A stretch of 41,701 bases of DNA from Alphaproteobacteria bacterium (lineage in GTDB: Bacteria; Pseudomonadota; Alphaproteobacteria; JACZXZ01), in contig DASPPM010000037.1 in assembly GCA_035625535.1 (NCBI GenBank), positions 1-41,701 of the forward strand, written 5' to 3'. The position numbers and the translations under genes are program-made. The notes under the pieces are model-generated. The model did no database searches and had not been told where the DNA came from. It saw nothing but the letters and a program-made list of their open reading frames with translations. Positions 7,981-17,162 of the stretch are shown here, piece after piece; the stretch's first letter is position 1; every line of letters begins with the position of its first letter.

Positions 7981-8589
7981 ATGACGAGGCGCACACCGCT
8001 CATCGAGTCGGCCCGATCGGGCCTTCTGCTCGGGGCCATTGCCCTGGCGCTCATCGTCGGCGCCTGCTCGGGAGGTGGCCGTTCCAGCGCCCCAGCGTCG
8101 CCTGCCGGTGATGACGGCGGGCAGAAGGCCATGGCGGAGTACAAGCTGCAGGAAGGCGACGAGCTCGCCATCGCGGTATTCGGCCAAAAGGACCTCTCCG
8201 GCAAGTTCGCCATCGATAGCAACGGCAACTTGAGCCTGCCCCTCGTCGGCCAGCTCCAGGCCGAGGGCCGCACGGCGCCCCAGGTTCAGGATGCCTTGAC
8301 CGAGGCCCTCAAGGCCTTCCTGGTCAACCCGAAGGTCACCGTGCAGGTCGCCACCTATCGGCCATTTTACATCCTGGGCGAGGTCAATAAGCCCGGCAGC
8401 TATCCCTTTACGTTCGGCATGACGGTGCGCCAGGCCGTCGCCACCGCCGGCGGCTATACCAAGCGGGCGAGGACCGGCACGGTTGAGGTCTTCCATTCCG
8501 GCGAGACCGACAAGGATGCCACGGAAGCCCCGGAGGACTACCAATTGCAACCGGGCGACACCGTGCAGGTCGAGAAACGCCTGTTCTAA
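7981..8589 (+). CDS. Short OPX polysaccharide export lipoprotein (GumB/Wza N-terminal type)
   Basis: Poly_export/SLBB-like sequence: YKLQEGDELAIAVFGQKDLSGKFAIDSNGNLSLPLVGQLQAEGRTAPQVQDALTEAL...NPKVTVQVATYRPFYILGEVNKPGSYPF...GMTVRQAVATAGGYT. A lipobox LIVGAC is present. I prefer the ATG at 7981 over the track start at 7933, which overlaps the OMP gene. Confidence 0.85.
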   Translation: MTRRTPLIESARSGLLLGAIALALIVGACSGGGRSSAPASPAGDDGGQKAMAEYKLQEGDELAIAVFGQKDLSGKFAIDSNGNLSLPLVGQLQAEGRTAPQVQDALTEALKAFLVNPKVTVQVATYRPFYILGEVNKPGSYPFTFGMTVRQAVATAGGYTKRARTGTVEVFHSGETDKDATEAPEDYQLQPGDTVQVEKRLF

Positions 8590-8884
8590 TTTTGCCCCAT
8601 TTGACATATTCTTCCCTGCGGCCGAGGCTCCGCCAAGCGCCCATTGGCATGCCGATTGTATGGAGTCCGGCCGCGGAGAGGGTCAGACCCCGCCGGGTCA
8701 AGGGATGCTGGCGGGAGGGATAGCGGGCTCGCATCCTGTATTGCAGAATGCGAGAGGGGCTGGGTACGCCTAGAGAGAGTTCCTGACTGTCCGCCCGGCC
8801 GGGGCCGGGAAGGCCGCAAAGACGCGCGAGCAGCCGCGGCGCGCCGAGCGCGATTTGAGGCGCGGCTTTTATACAGGTGTGTCG

Positions 8885-11158
8885 ATGTCGACGATTACCC
8901 GTCTTCCTGTGCCCAGCGGCGAGGAACCCGGCCCGGAGAGCGGCTTCGAGCTCGCAGCGCCCGCGGATACGGCGCTCGACCTGAGGCGCATCCTCTCCGT
9001 CCTCAAGCGCCGCAAGGTGATGATCCTCGGCGTGATGTTCGTCATCACCAGCCTTGCGGCACTGGTCGTCTCCCAACTGACCCCGCTCTACCGCGCCGAG
9101 GTCAAGCTGGTCGTGGAGGGCAACCGCCAGAACATCGCGCCGATTCAGGCGGTCGTGCAGGGCCTCAATCCGGACGTCATGACCAATGAGACCGAAGCGG
9201 CGATCCTCACCTCCCGCGAGCTCGCGGCCAAGGCCGTCGAGCGGCTCAACCTAGTGAACAACCCGCTCTACAACCCCGATCTCCTGCCCAAGAAGAAGGG
9301 GCTGTTGAGCACCATTTTCGATCCGATCAGGGGGGCGCTTTTTGGCGCCGCGGCCCCCTCTGCCGAGACGGCCGGTATCGCCCCGGATGAGAAGCGCCGC
9401 CAACTCGTGCAAGCGACGATCGACAAATTTCTGCACGCCCTCACCGTGACCGCGTCGGACCGCAGCCGGGTGCTCACGCTGCAGTTCGTCTCGCCGGACG
9501 CGCGCGTGGCCGCACTCGGTGCCAACACCACCGCCGAGGTCTACATCCTCGATCAACTTGCCGCCAAGGGCGAGACCACCTCGCGCGCCTCCGACTGGCT
9601 CAAGCAGCACGTCGAGGAGCTGCATGAGCGGGTCATCGAGTCCGAGCAGAAGCTCGAGGATTACCGCCGGCAGTCCGGGATCATCGACACGGGCGGCGAG
9701 ACGGTCTACCAGTCCCAGTTGGGACGCCTCAACGAGGAGCTGGTGCTCGCCCGCACCAAGCTCGCCGAGTCCGAGGCGCGCGCCCAGCAGATCCAGGACC
9801 TGGTGAAGAGCGGCAATCTCGACACGGCCGCGGCGGTGCTCGACAGCAAGATCATCCAGAGCCTGACCGATCAAGAGGCTCAGGTGTCGCGCAAGCTCGC
9901 CGAGCTCAAGACCCAGCTCAAGGACACCCATCCCGAGGTGAAGCTGACCGAGCATGAGCTCGCGGACATCAAGGGCAAGATCTCGAGCGAGGTGCAGAAG
10001 ATCGCGGCCAATCTCAACAACGAGCTCGCCATAGCGCGCGTGCGCGCCGCCAACCTCGGCGGGCAGGTGGCCGATTTGCAGCGCAAGGTGGGGCAGCAGA
10101 ACGAAGCCGAGGTCACCCTCCGCTCGCTCGAGAGCGAAGTGAAGGCGAACAAGACGATCTACGAGACGCTGAATGCCCGTCTCAAGGAGACCAATATCCA
10201 ACAGGACGCGTCCATGCAGCAGCCGGATGCGCGCATCATCTCGCGCGCGACCGTGCCGAGCGCCCCCTTTTATCCGCGGCGCGACCTGATGATCCTGGCG
10301 GCGCTCGTCGTCTCCGCGGCCTTGGGTATGGCGTTGGCGCTGGTCGTCGAGTATCTCGACTCGGGCTTCCGCAGCCTCTCGCAAGTCGAGAGCCTTACCG
10401 GCATGCCGACCTTGGCGCTGGTGCCGAAGCTCAAAGACGTGGCGGGCGAGAACGCTCGGGCGCACCAGATCGCGGTAGAGCGCCCGAACTCGAGCTACGG
10501 TGAGGCGATCCGGACAATTCGAACCGGGCTCCTCCTGAGCCACCTCGATCACCCGCCGCGCACGGTCATGGTCTCCTCGTCGGTGCCGGGCGAGGGCAAG
10601 TCGTCGGTCGCGCTCTCGCTTGCCTGTGCCGCCGCGCGCTCGACGCAGAAGGCGATCATAATCGATTGCGATCTGCGGCATTCCAGTCTGCACAACTATC
10701 TGGGGTGTCCGAACAAGATCGGGCTCACCGACTACCTTGCCGGCCAGGCGAGCCTCGAGGACGTGGTGGAGATCGACCCGCACTCGGGCGTGCACTTCAT
10801 CACGGCTGGCTCGCGTGCGCCCAACCCGGTCGATCTCCTCGGCTCCCAGGAGATGAAGAAGCTGCTCACGCGGCTTTCCTCGCTTTACGATCTCGTGGTG
10901 ATCGATTCGCCGCCGCTGCTGCCGGTGTCGGACGCGATGGTGCTCGCGCGCGCCGTGGACAAGACGATCTTCCTCATTCGGTGGGAGAAGACCAAGCGGG
11001 AGACCGCGCTCTCCGGGCTCAAGCTCCTGATCGAGGCCGGCGCCAACGTCGCGGGCATCGCGCTCACCCAGGTGGACGTGCGCAAGCACGCGAGCTACGA
11101 CTATTCCGACTCCGGCTACTACTATTCGAGCAGCTACAAGAACTATTACATAGAATAG
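8885..11158 (+). CDS. Polysaccharide co-polymerase / tyrosine autokinase (GumC/ExoP/Wzc family)
   Basis: Has a Wzz-like N-terminus with a TM helix (VMILGVMFVITSLAALVV), a long coiled-coil, and a second TM helix. The P-loop kinase has Walker A VPGEGKSSVALSLA, A' IIIDCDLRHSSL and B DLVVIDSPPLLPVSD. The Tyr-rich tail YDYSDSGYYYSSSYKNYYIE has 8 Tyr in the last 20 aa. The start could be 8855 (track) or the ATG at 8885. Confidence 0.9.
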   Translation: MSTITRLPVPSGEEPGPESGFELAAPADTALDLRRILSVLKRRKVMILGVMFVITSLAALVVSQLTPLYRAEVKLVVEGNRQNIAPIQAVVQGLNPDVMTNETEAAILTSRELAAKAVERLNLVNNPLYNPDLLPKKKGLLSTIFDPIRGALFGAAAPSAETAGIAPDEKRRQLVQATIDKFLHALTVTASDRSRVLTLQFVSPDARVAALGANTTAEVYILDQLAAKGETTSRASDWLKQHVEELHERVIESEQKLEDYRRQSGIIDTGGETVYQSQLGRLNEELVLARTKLAESEARAQQIQDLVKSGNLDTAAAVLDSKIIQSLTDQEAQVSRKLAELKTQLKDTHPEVKLTEHELADIKGKISSEVQKIAANLNNELAIARVRAANLGGQVADLQRKVGQQNEAEVTLRSLESEVKANKTIYETLNARLKETNIQQDASMQQPDARIISRATVPSAPFYPRRDLMILAALVVSAALGMALALVVEYLDSGFRSLSQVESLTGMPTLALVPKLKDVAGENARAHQIAVERPNSSYGEAIRTIRTGLLLSHLDHPPRTVMVSSSVPGEGKSSVALSLACAAARSTQKAIIIDCDLRHSSLHNYLGCPNKIGLTDYLAGQASLEDVVEIDPHSGVHFITAGSRAPNPVDLLGSQEMKKLLTRLSSLYDLVVIDSPPLLPVSDAMVLARAVDKTIFLIRWEKTKRETALSGLKLLIEAGANVAGIALTQVDVRKHASYDYSDSGYYYSSSYKNYYIE

Positions 11159-11177
11159 CCCGGCCCCGAGGGCGCTT

Positions 11178-11876
11178 GTGCCGCAACGAATGCACCTGGT
11201 ATCGACCGCGCTCACGCTCGCCGGCGGGGCGCTGCTCATAGCGCTCTCGCTCCCGCAGCTCATCGGGGGGCTCGATTTCCTCTCGCAAGAGCGCACGCTC
11301 GACAATATCGCGGGGGGCAACTACACAAGACGGCTTTCGCCCGCGGAGATCAGCTATGCGGTCGCGCGATGGGGCGAAGCCGCTCCGCTCATCGAGGACG
11401 GCGATACCTGGGCCGGCTACGGCGACGTGTTGCTCGCGGCAGCCGCCGCCACGAGGAACGACCAGGAGAAGCGCCGCCAGCTCGTCGAGGCCGCGGTCGA
11501 TGCCTACCGCAAGGCGCTGACGCTCGGCCCGGCCGATGCGCGCGCCTGGACCATGCTGGCCTTCGCTCGCTTCGCCTACGGCGCGTCACCAGCGGAGCTC
11601 TTCCCGCTCCTCTACATGTCGCTGCGCACGGGGCCGCGCGAGCCAGGCCTCTCCTTCCCGCGCCTTGACATCGCGCTTTTTTATTGGCAGCTGCTCAATC
11701 CGATACTCAAGGTCGCCATGCAGGACCAGGCGCTGATCGCGGCCAACGACAATCCCCGCCGCCTCGCGGAGCTCGCCCACCGCCGCTATATGCTCGGGCC
11801 CGTTCGCGACATGCTCGATGTCAACCGTTACCTCAAGTGGCGCTTCGACGATATATACTCCCGCCTTTACCCGTGA
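11178..11876 (+). CDS. Membrane-anchored protein of unknown function (possibly TPR-like), with an EPS-cluster accessory role
   Basis: The start is GTG at 11178, or the ATG at 11190. There is one N-terminal TM helix (LVSTALTLAGGALLIALSLPQLI). The rest is helical and Ala/Leu-rich (AVDAYRKALTLGPADARAWTMLAFARF). It lies immediately downstream of the PCP gene. I recognise no family. Confidence 0.55.
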   Translation: MPQRMHLVSTALTLAGGALLIALSLPQLIGGLDFLSQERTLDNIAGGNYTRRLSPAEISYAVARWGEAAPLIEDGDTWAGYGDVLLAAAAATRNDQEKRRQLVEAAVDAYRKALTLGPADARAWTMLAFARFAYGASPAELFPLLYMSLRTGPREPGLSFPRLDIALFYWQLLNPILKVAMQDQALIAANDNPRRLAELAHRRYMLGPVRDMLDVNRYLKWRFDDIYSRLYP

Positions 11877-11901
11877 GTGGACCGGGAACGCGAAAGGTCG
11901 C

Positions 11902-13416
11902 TCAGGAGCTCTTGTCCGCGCCGCTCGTCCCGCGCGTCCGGGGCGCATCGCCTGCGTGGGCGATTTGCCTGCGGCCGGGTCGGGTCAAAAGCGCAATGCG
12001 GCTCAAGAGCGACCCTCGCTCGGCGCTCCCGGCCTCTTGCTCTGCGCCCCGTCGCGTCGGGAAGGATTGGGCGTAGGCCGTACCCAGGAGAAGCGCGTAG
12101 GCCACCGCGATCGCCGGTATCTGCAAGCTGAAGTCGACCACGGAATGAAGCGCCATGAGTGCCGTGGCGCCAAGCCCCGCCGCGGGGTAGACGAAGTCGC
12201 GTTGGCGGGTGAGCAGCCCGCGCGCGCATACCGCCACGATGCCGATCAGGATGGCGAGCATAAGGCAAAACGCCGGCAAGCCGATCTCGAGGGCCAACTC
12301 GAGGTAGGTATTGTGCGCGCGGTCGAACGTGGCCACGAGAAAGTCGAGCCGATCGTCGCGGTACATCTGGAAAGTGTCGTGAAAGCCCCCGAGGCCGACG
12401 CCGAGAAGGGGGTGGTCGCCGATCGCGCGCAAGGTAAGCGCGTAGATGACTCCACGCCCGGTCTCGTTGCCGGCATAGTCGCTCACTCGGCCGATAAGAC
12501 CGCTGCCGCTGAAGCTCACCAGGATCACCGCTCCGATCACGAGCGAGAGGGCGAAGATCGGCAACCGGCCGGCCGCCCTCCGCTGGCGCCCGGCCAACCG
12601 CAGCGACAAGGCGAGAGCGATGGCGCCCACGAACGTCGCGCCGAAGCCGCCGCGAGACTGGGTGAAGAGCAGCGCCGTGGTGATGACGACCGTCGAGACG
12701 AGCAGCAGATAGGGGCCGAGTGTCGCCGTCTCGACGAAATGCAGCAAGCCGAAGCGGCTGAAGACTCCGTGGCGCAGGCTCTTGTCGGATAGGTGGCTGA
12801 GCAAGGCCAAGCTTGCGATGAGCGTCAGCCCGCAGTAGGCGGCGAAGCTGTTGCGATTGACGAAGGTAGAGGTTAGCGAGCCTGGATAGGCCCATTTCTC
12901 GTACCACAGCACCATGTCGAAGTGGCCGAGCTGCATGACGAGCCCGTAGACCGCGTAGATCGTCCCGGCGATGGTCAGCGACCATAACGCAATTTTCGCA
13001 TAGGCGCGCGCGCGGCAGAGCTGAATGGCGAGAAAGAAGACGCCGGCATAGGTGATGAGGCGCAGGATGGTCTCGCGCGCCGCCCCCGGATCGATGGCGA
13101 TGGAGCCCTTGAGCGGCGTGCCGAGCAAGCCGCTTGCCTCGCGCCAAAGCGGGTTGTGCCAGGAATCGGGCGTCATGGTGCTCTGCTGCACGAAAAACCA
13201 CACGACCAGCACGGCGAAGGCGACGAGAGCGGCGCCGTAGCGGCGCCATTCGAGCTGAATGAGACCCCTGTCGAAGAGGGCGGCGAGCGAAAAGGCGACA
13301 AGCTGGATGCCGACGCTGGCGCCAAGCACGCCCCAGGCCCATGGCCGATTGCTGGCAAGGGGCAGCGGCGCCAGCCCGACGGTGATCACGAGAGCCCAGA
13401 AGACTATGTTCGCCAT
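11902..13416 (-). CDS. O-antigen ligase / Wzy-like polymerase family membrane protein
   Basis: Starts at the internal ATG at 13416 of track ORF 11902..13701 (MANIVFWALVITVGLAPLPLASNRPWAWG...). It has more than 10 predicted TM segments and a Wzy_C-like core (LLFTQSRGGFGATFVGAIAL). A periplasmic loop carries RAHNTYLELALEIGLP. Confidence 0.75.
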   Translation of the reverse strand: MANIVFWALVITVGLAPLPLASNRPWAWGVLGASVGIQLVAFSLAALFDRGLIQLEWRRYGAALVAFAVLVVWFFVQQSTMTPDSWHNPLWREASGLLGTPLKGSIAIDPGAARETILRLITYAGVFFLAIQLCRARAYAKIALWSLTIAGTIYAVYGLVMQLGHFDMVLWYEKWAYPGSLTSTFVNRNSFAAYCGLTLIASLALLSHLSDKSLRHGVFSRFGLLHFVETATLGPYLLLVSTVVITTALLFTQSRGGFGATFVGAIALALSLRLAGRQRRAAGRLPIFALSLVIGAVILVSFSGSGLIGRVSDYAGNETGRGVIYALTLRAIGDHPLLGVGLGGFHDTFQMYRDDRLDFLVATFDRAHNTYLELALEIGLPAFCLMLAILIGIVAVCARGLLTRQRDFVYPAAGLGATALMALHSVVDFSLQIPAIAVAYALLLGTAYAQSFPTRRGAEQEAGSAERGSLLSRIALLTRPGRRQIAHAGDAPRTRGTSGADKSS

Positions 13417-13448
13417 GCGGGGACCGGGTGGCCTCACGGGAAGGGCGC

Positions 13449-13871
13449 CTACTTGAACAGCTGGCTCAGTTGCTCCATGAGCTGCGCTAAGAAGGAGCCC
13501 GAGCCTGCGCCGCCCATGCTGAACGCCGCTTGCAGCAGATAGAGCGATAGCAGAATCGGGATTCCCACCACCAGGCAAAAAATGACGGTAATGAACGCAT
13601 TCCCCAGGCTCGCGAACGGGTGGCGATCGCGCTCCCGGGCGCGGCGCTCGGGGGGGCGCTGCTCCCGGCCGGCCAGAAAGACGAGGTAGAAGCGACGCCA
13701 AAGCAAGGGAAACGACCAGCGGATATCGATCGTATGCGAGCCCCAGGTGCGGGCGCCGAAGGCCAGCTTGATCGCGGCGAGCTGGGCCGGCGTGAAGCTT
13801 TGGGCGACCGAGGGGTGGATACGGCTGAAGAACTTCTCGAGGAAGGGATCGCTCGGCTCATCCTTGACCAT
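13449..13871 (-). CDS. Small membrane protein of unknown function
   Basis: 140 aa with coding-like GC3. The N-terminal part is soluble (MVKDEPSDPFLEKFFSRIHPSVAQSFTPAQLAAIKLAF...). It has hydrophobic helices (FPLLWRRFYLVFLA; AFITVIFCLVVGIPILLSLYLLQAAF). It sits between the priming transferase and the Wzy-like gene on the same strand. Confidence 0.6.
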   Translation of the reverse strand: MVKDEPSDPFLEKFFSRIHPSVAQSFTPAQLAAIKLAFGARTWGSHTIDIRWSFPLLWRRFYLVFLAGREQRPPERRARERDRHPFASLGNAFITVIFCLVVGIPILLSLYLLQAAFSMGGAGSGSFLAQLMEQLSQLFK

Positions 13872-13936
13872 GCATCATACTCCAGCTCGTCTTGGCCGTA
13901 GTGAGGCCGTCGCCCTCGGCCGGCGCCGCGATTTGT

Positions 13937-15337
13937 TCAGTAGGCATTCTCGTGCACGAAGCCCACGAAGAGGGTGAGAAAGAGAATCTTGAGGTCGAGG
14001 AAGAGCGACCAATGATCGATGTAATAGAGATCGCATTGCACGCGCAGCTGCATCTTGCGCAGGCTGTCCGTCTCGCCCCTGAGCCCGTTGACCTGCGCCC
14101 AGCCGGTGATGCCGGGCTTGACGCGGTGGCGGCCGATGTAGTCGTCGATGGTCTTGGCGAACTGCTCGTTGTGCTGGACCGCGTGGGGACGCGGGCCGAC
14201 GAGGGACATGTCGCCCTTGAGCACGTTGAAGAGCTGAGGCAGCTCGTCGAGGCTCGTGCGCCGCAAGAGCGCGCCTAGGCGCGTGATGCGCGGATCGTTG
14301 CGCGTCGCCTGCCGCAAGTCGCTCTCGCGCGCCGCCTCTGCCACCATGGTGCGGAATTTGTAGACGGTGAATTCGTTGTTGTTGAAGCCGTAGCGCTTCT
14401 GCCCGAAGAGCACGGGTCCCGGGCTGTCGAGCTTGATCGCGAACGCAATCAGCGCCATCAGCGGCAGCACGAGGATCAGAATGATGCTGGCGATGATCCT
14501 GTCCTCGAGGGACTTGAGCACCAGGTTCCAGCCGTGGAGCGGCCGCTCGAATACCCCCAGCATGGGGACGCCGCCGAGCGTCATGAAGCCGTGCGTCGGT
14601 ATGTCGAAGCCGGCGGCCTCCGGGCACAAGCGCACATTTGCCGGCAGCGTCTTGAGCTCCTTGAGGAGCGCGGTGATGCGCTCGCTTTCCTGCCAGGAAA
14701 GCGTGATCACCACTTCGTCGACCGGATCTTGGCGGAAGCGCGCGAGAAGGTCGGCGATGGTTCCATTTACCCTCACCTCTTCGTCGCCGGCATGCGATTT
14801 CGGCGGGCGGTCGTCATAGACCCCGACGAACTCGTATTGCTCGTCCCGGCGGGCGAGCAGACGGCGGCGCAAGCGCGCGGCGAGCGGCGTGGCGCCCACG
14901 ATCGCGATCCTCACGTGCAGCAGGCCGCGCCGGCGCCATCTCGCGAGTTGCCAGTAGACGGCGAAGTGCGCAAACACCATGGCGAGAAACGCCGTCACCG
15001 CCCAAAGCGCCAGCCAGACGCGCGAGAACTCGTCCGAGCTCTTTGTGAAGTAGGCGAGCACGACAAGGGTCAGCACCACGCCGACCCAGCAGGCGAGAAG
15101 CTGGCCGATTTGGAAGCCGAGCTGTTGTAGGTTCGCAAGCGTATAGACCTTGCCGACGTGCATGACGTTGAGGGTGAGGATGCCGCCTGCAAGAATGGCG
15201 ATGATGTAATAGCCGGGCAAATCCCACGTGTCGTGGCGCAGCCAGTAGCAGATCGCCCCTGTAAGGATGACGAGCGCCACGTCCGCTGCGCGCAACGCCC
15301 CCATCAGGAACGTCGGCGCGTCCGATGCCATCGCCAT
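13937..15337 (-). CDS. Undecaprenyl-phosphate hexose-1-phosphate transferase (WcaJ/ExoY-type priming glycosyltransferase)
   Basis: Has N-terminal TM helices, a central domain, and a C-terminal bacterial sugar transferase domain (PGPVLFGQKRYGFNNNEFTVYKFRTM...DELPQLFNVLKGDMSLVGPRPH...KPGITGWAQVNG). The track start at 15352 is TTG; ATGs occur at 15337 and 15331. Confidence 0.9.
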   Translation of the reverse strand: MAMASDAPTFLMGALRAADVALVILTGAICYWLRHDTWDLPGYYIIAILAGGILTLNVMHVGKVYTLANLQQLGFQIGQLLACWVGVVLTLVVLAYFTKSSDEFSRVWLALWAVTAFLAMVFAHFAVYWQLARWRRRGLLHVRIAIVGATPLAARLRRRLLARRDEQYEFVGVYDDRPPKSHAGDEEVRVNGTIADLLARFRQDPVDEVVITLSWQESERITALLKELKTLPANVRLCPEAAGFDIPTHGFMTLGGVPMLGVFERPLHGWNLVLKSLEDRIIASIILILVLPLMALIAFAIKLDSPGPVLFGQKRYGFNNNEFTVYKFRTMVAEAARESDLRQATRNDPRITRLGALLRRTSLDELPQLFNVLKGDMSLVGPRPHAVQHNEQFAKTIDDYIGRHRVKPGITGWAQVNGLRGETDSLRKMQLRVQCDLYYIDHWSLFLDLKILFLTLFVGFVHENAY

Positions 15338-15493
15338 TCCGCGCGCGCTCAAGCCGTCTCTCCTTGAGGAGTGCGATCGCCACGGGCCGGGGCTCCGCGC
15401 GCCCGCTGCCGCGGGCGCCCGCGAGCTTGCGTCCGGGCGCTGCCCCGGCCGGCGGCAAGTGTCGAAAAGAGTAGCATTAACAAGACCAAAGCA

Positions 15494-16174
15494 CTAGCCG
15501 CGATGGATCCACAAATGCTGCTCGTTGATCGAATAGGTGGGGCGGTAGTGCACGATGCTCTTGGCGTTCACGACCTGGTTCTTGATCTGGTTGTCGAGCA
15601 CAAGCGCCTGGCCGTCTATGTAGACGACAAGAATGGCGTGATCGACCCTGAGGTTGAGATCCTTGAGCACGACGATGCGCAGCTCGTCAAGAGTCCAGCC
15701 GAGAAAGCGCAGCGACCAGTATTTCGCGACGGCATAATCCCGGCACATGCCCCGCTTGTGAAGGAACTCAAGCGGGGTCTCCCAGATGAGGTCCTGGAGA
15801 TAGGGGACGTTGTTCATGAAGTCGTTGACCTGCTTGAGCTGGCTCATCTTGTCGAGGGTCTTGATGCTCGAGAGGAAGGGTGTCCAACGCTTGAGCTCGC
15901 ACAAGTTGAGCGGGGGGTTCTCGCAGACATTGGCGAATGGCTCCGGGGTCTCGTTCATCCGCTCGATCACCCCACCCCATTGCGGCAGCATGGTGCGCAA
16001 GTTGGCACTGTCCATGCGGGTCTCGGTCGAGCCGAAAAGCTGGGGATAATCGACGGCGCGGGCGGCTTCAGGCAGGACTACCGCGAGCACGAGAGCGACC
16101 GCGAGGCTATATGCTGCAATGCAGCATAGACTTCTCCTTGCCGTCGTTCCGTGCGCCGCCTGGATGCCCAGCAT
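15494..16174 (-). CDS. Secreted transglutaminase-like cysteine protease, BTLCP / LapG family (copy 1)
   Basis: Starts at the internal ATG at 16174 (MLGIQAAHGTTARRSLCCIAAYSLAVALVLAVVLPEAARA/VD). The catalytic pattern is GMCRDYAVAKYWSL (Cys) ... DHAILVV (His) ... LVLDN (Asp). About 60% of residues align identically with copy 2, judged by eye. Confidence 0.85.
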   Translation of the reverse strand: MLGIQAAHGTTARRSLCCIAAYSLAVALVLAVVLPEAARAVDYPQLFGSTETRMDSANLRTMLPQWGGVIERMNETPEPFANVCENPPLNLCELKRWTPFLSSIKTLDKMSQLKQVNDFMNNVPYLQDLIWETPLEFLHKRGMCRDYAVAKYWSLRFLGWTLDELRIVVLKDLNLRVDHAILVVYIDGQALVLDNQIKNQVVNAKSIVHYRPTYSINEQHLWIHRG

Positions 16175-16463
16175 GACCCTAGCTTGCTCCCCTGTGGGGG
16201 TGGCGGAGCCCTTTGGCGCGCGCGGAGCGGCCCGCCCGTGCCGCCCTGCCAGGATGCCTTGGCTCCAGCTACGGACCATGCCCGTCCCCCCGCAGCAGGG
16301 TCAAGCGAGCAAAATCCGCGCCACGGCGCCCCTCTTCCTCGGCTGCGTCAGGTGCCCGGCGGCGGCCCCCAAGAGGCGCCCTCGGGCCCCGCGGGCGCCG
16401 CCCATCCATAAGCGGCGAAAATAAAAAGATGATAACGAAATGACGCGGCGCCGCCAGCCCGGC

Positions 16464-17162
16464 CTATCCTCGCCGAAAGAGCCAAAAGGCGTGCTCGGTG
16501 ACCGCGTATACGGGGCGATAGTCGACGATGCTTTTCGCATCCACGAGGTAGCCTTTGTGCAGATTGTCGAGCACGAGACTCTGACCGTTGATGTGGACCA
16601 CCAGAACGGCGTGGCTGGTCGGCCTCCCCGTTTGGCCGTCGGGCATGTCGAGGATGTCCAAGACCACGATGCGCAGGCGGTCCGACGGCCAGCCGAGGTA
16701 GCGCAGCGACCAGTACTTGGCGACCGCGTAATCCCTGCACATGCCGAATCTGCGGAGGAATTCGAGCGGCGTCTCCCAGACGGTGTCCACCAGATATGGA
16801 ACATTGTTCATGAAGTCGTTTATTTGCTTGAGCTGCGTCATCTCGTCGAGACCCTTGAGGCTGGAGAGGAACGGGGTCCATTTCTGCAGCGCGCAGAAGC
16901 TCAAGCGGGGGTCCTCGCAGCGGCTATCGAACGGCTCGGGGGTCTGGTTCATGCGGTCGATGACGGCGGCCCATTGAGGCAGCAGCTGATGCAAGTTGAC
17001 CGCGTTCATTTGCACGCCGATGCTGCCGAAGAGGCTTTCGCCTTCCAAGGCCTCAGCCGGCCCCGATAATGCGAGGAGGAGCGCGAGTGCGGCGGCTAAG
17101 GCTGCCGTACGCCGCCTCGAGCAGAGACCGCCCGCCGTGAGCCACGCGGCGATCATCGACAT
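16464..17162 (-). CDS. Secreted transglutaminase-like cysteine protease, BTLCP / LapG family (copy 2)
   Basis: MSMIAAWLTAGGLCSRRRTAALAAALALLLALSGPAEA/LE is the signal peptide. The catalytic pattern is GMCRDYAVAKYWSL ... SHAVLVV ... LVLDN. The loop just before the catalytic His is 7 residues longer (DILDMPDGQTGRPTS versus KDLNLRVD in copy 1). The track start at 17171 is GTG; ATGs occur at 17162 and 17156. Confidence 0.85.
   Translation of the reverse strand: MSMIAAWLTAGGLCSRRRTAALAAALALLLALSGPAEALEGESLFGSIGVQMNAVNLHQLLPQWAAVIDRMNQTPEPFDSRCEDPRLSFCALQKWTPFLSSLKGLDEMTQLKQINDFMNNVPYLVDTVWETPLEFLRRFGMCRDYAVAKYWSLRYLGWPSDRLRIVVLDILDMPDGQTGRPTSHAVLVVHINGQSLVLDNLHKGYLVDAKSIVDYRPVYAVTEHAFWLFRRG

Noticed and set aside
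4996-15352. PEP-CTERM / exosortase-type EPS locus.
   Set aside because: No exosortase (EpsH-like) gene is present, and no protein ends in a PEP motif followed by a TM helix and an Arg cluster. The PCP and kinase are fused (ExoP/GumC type) rather than split as in those loci.
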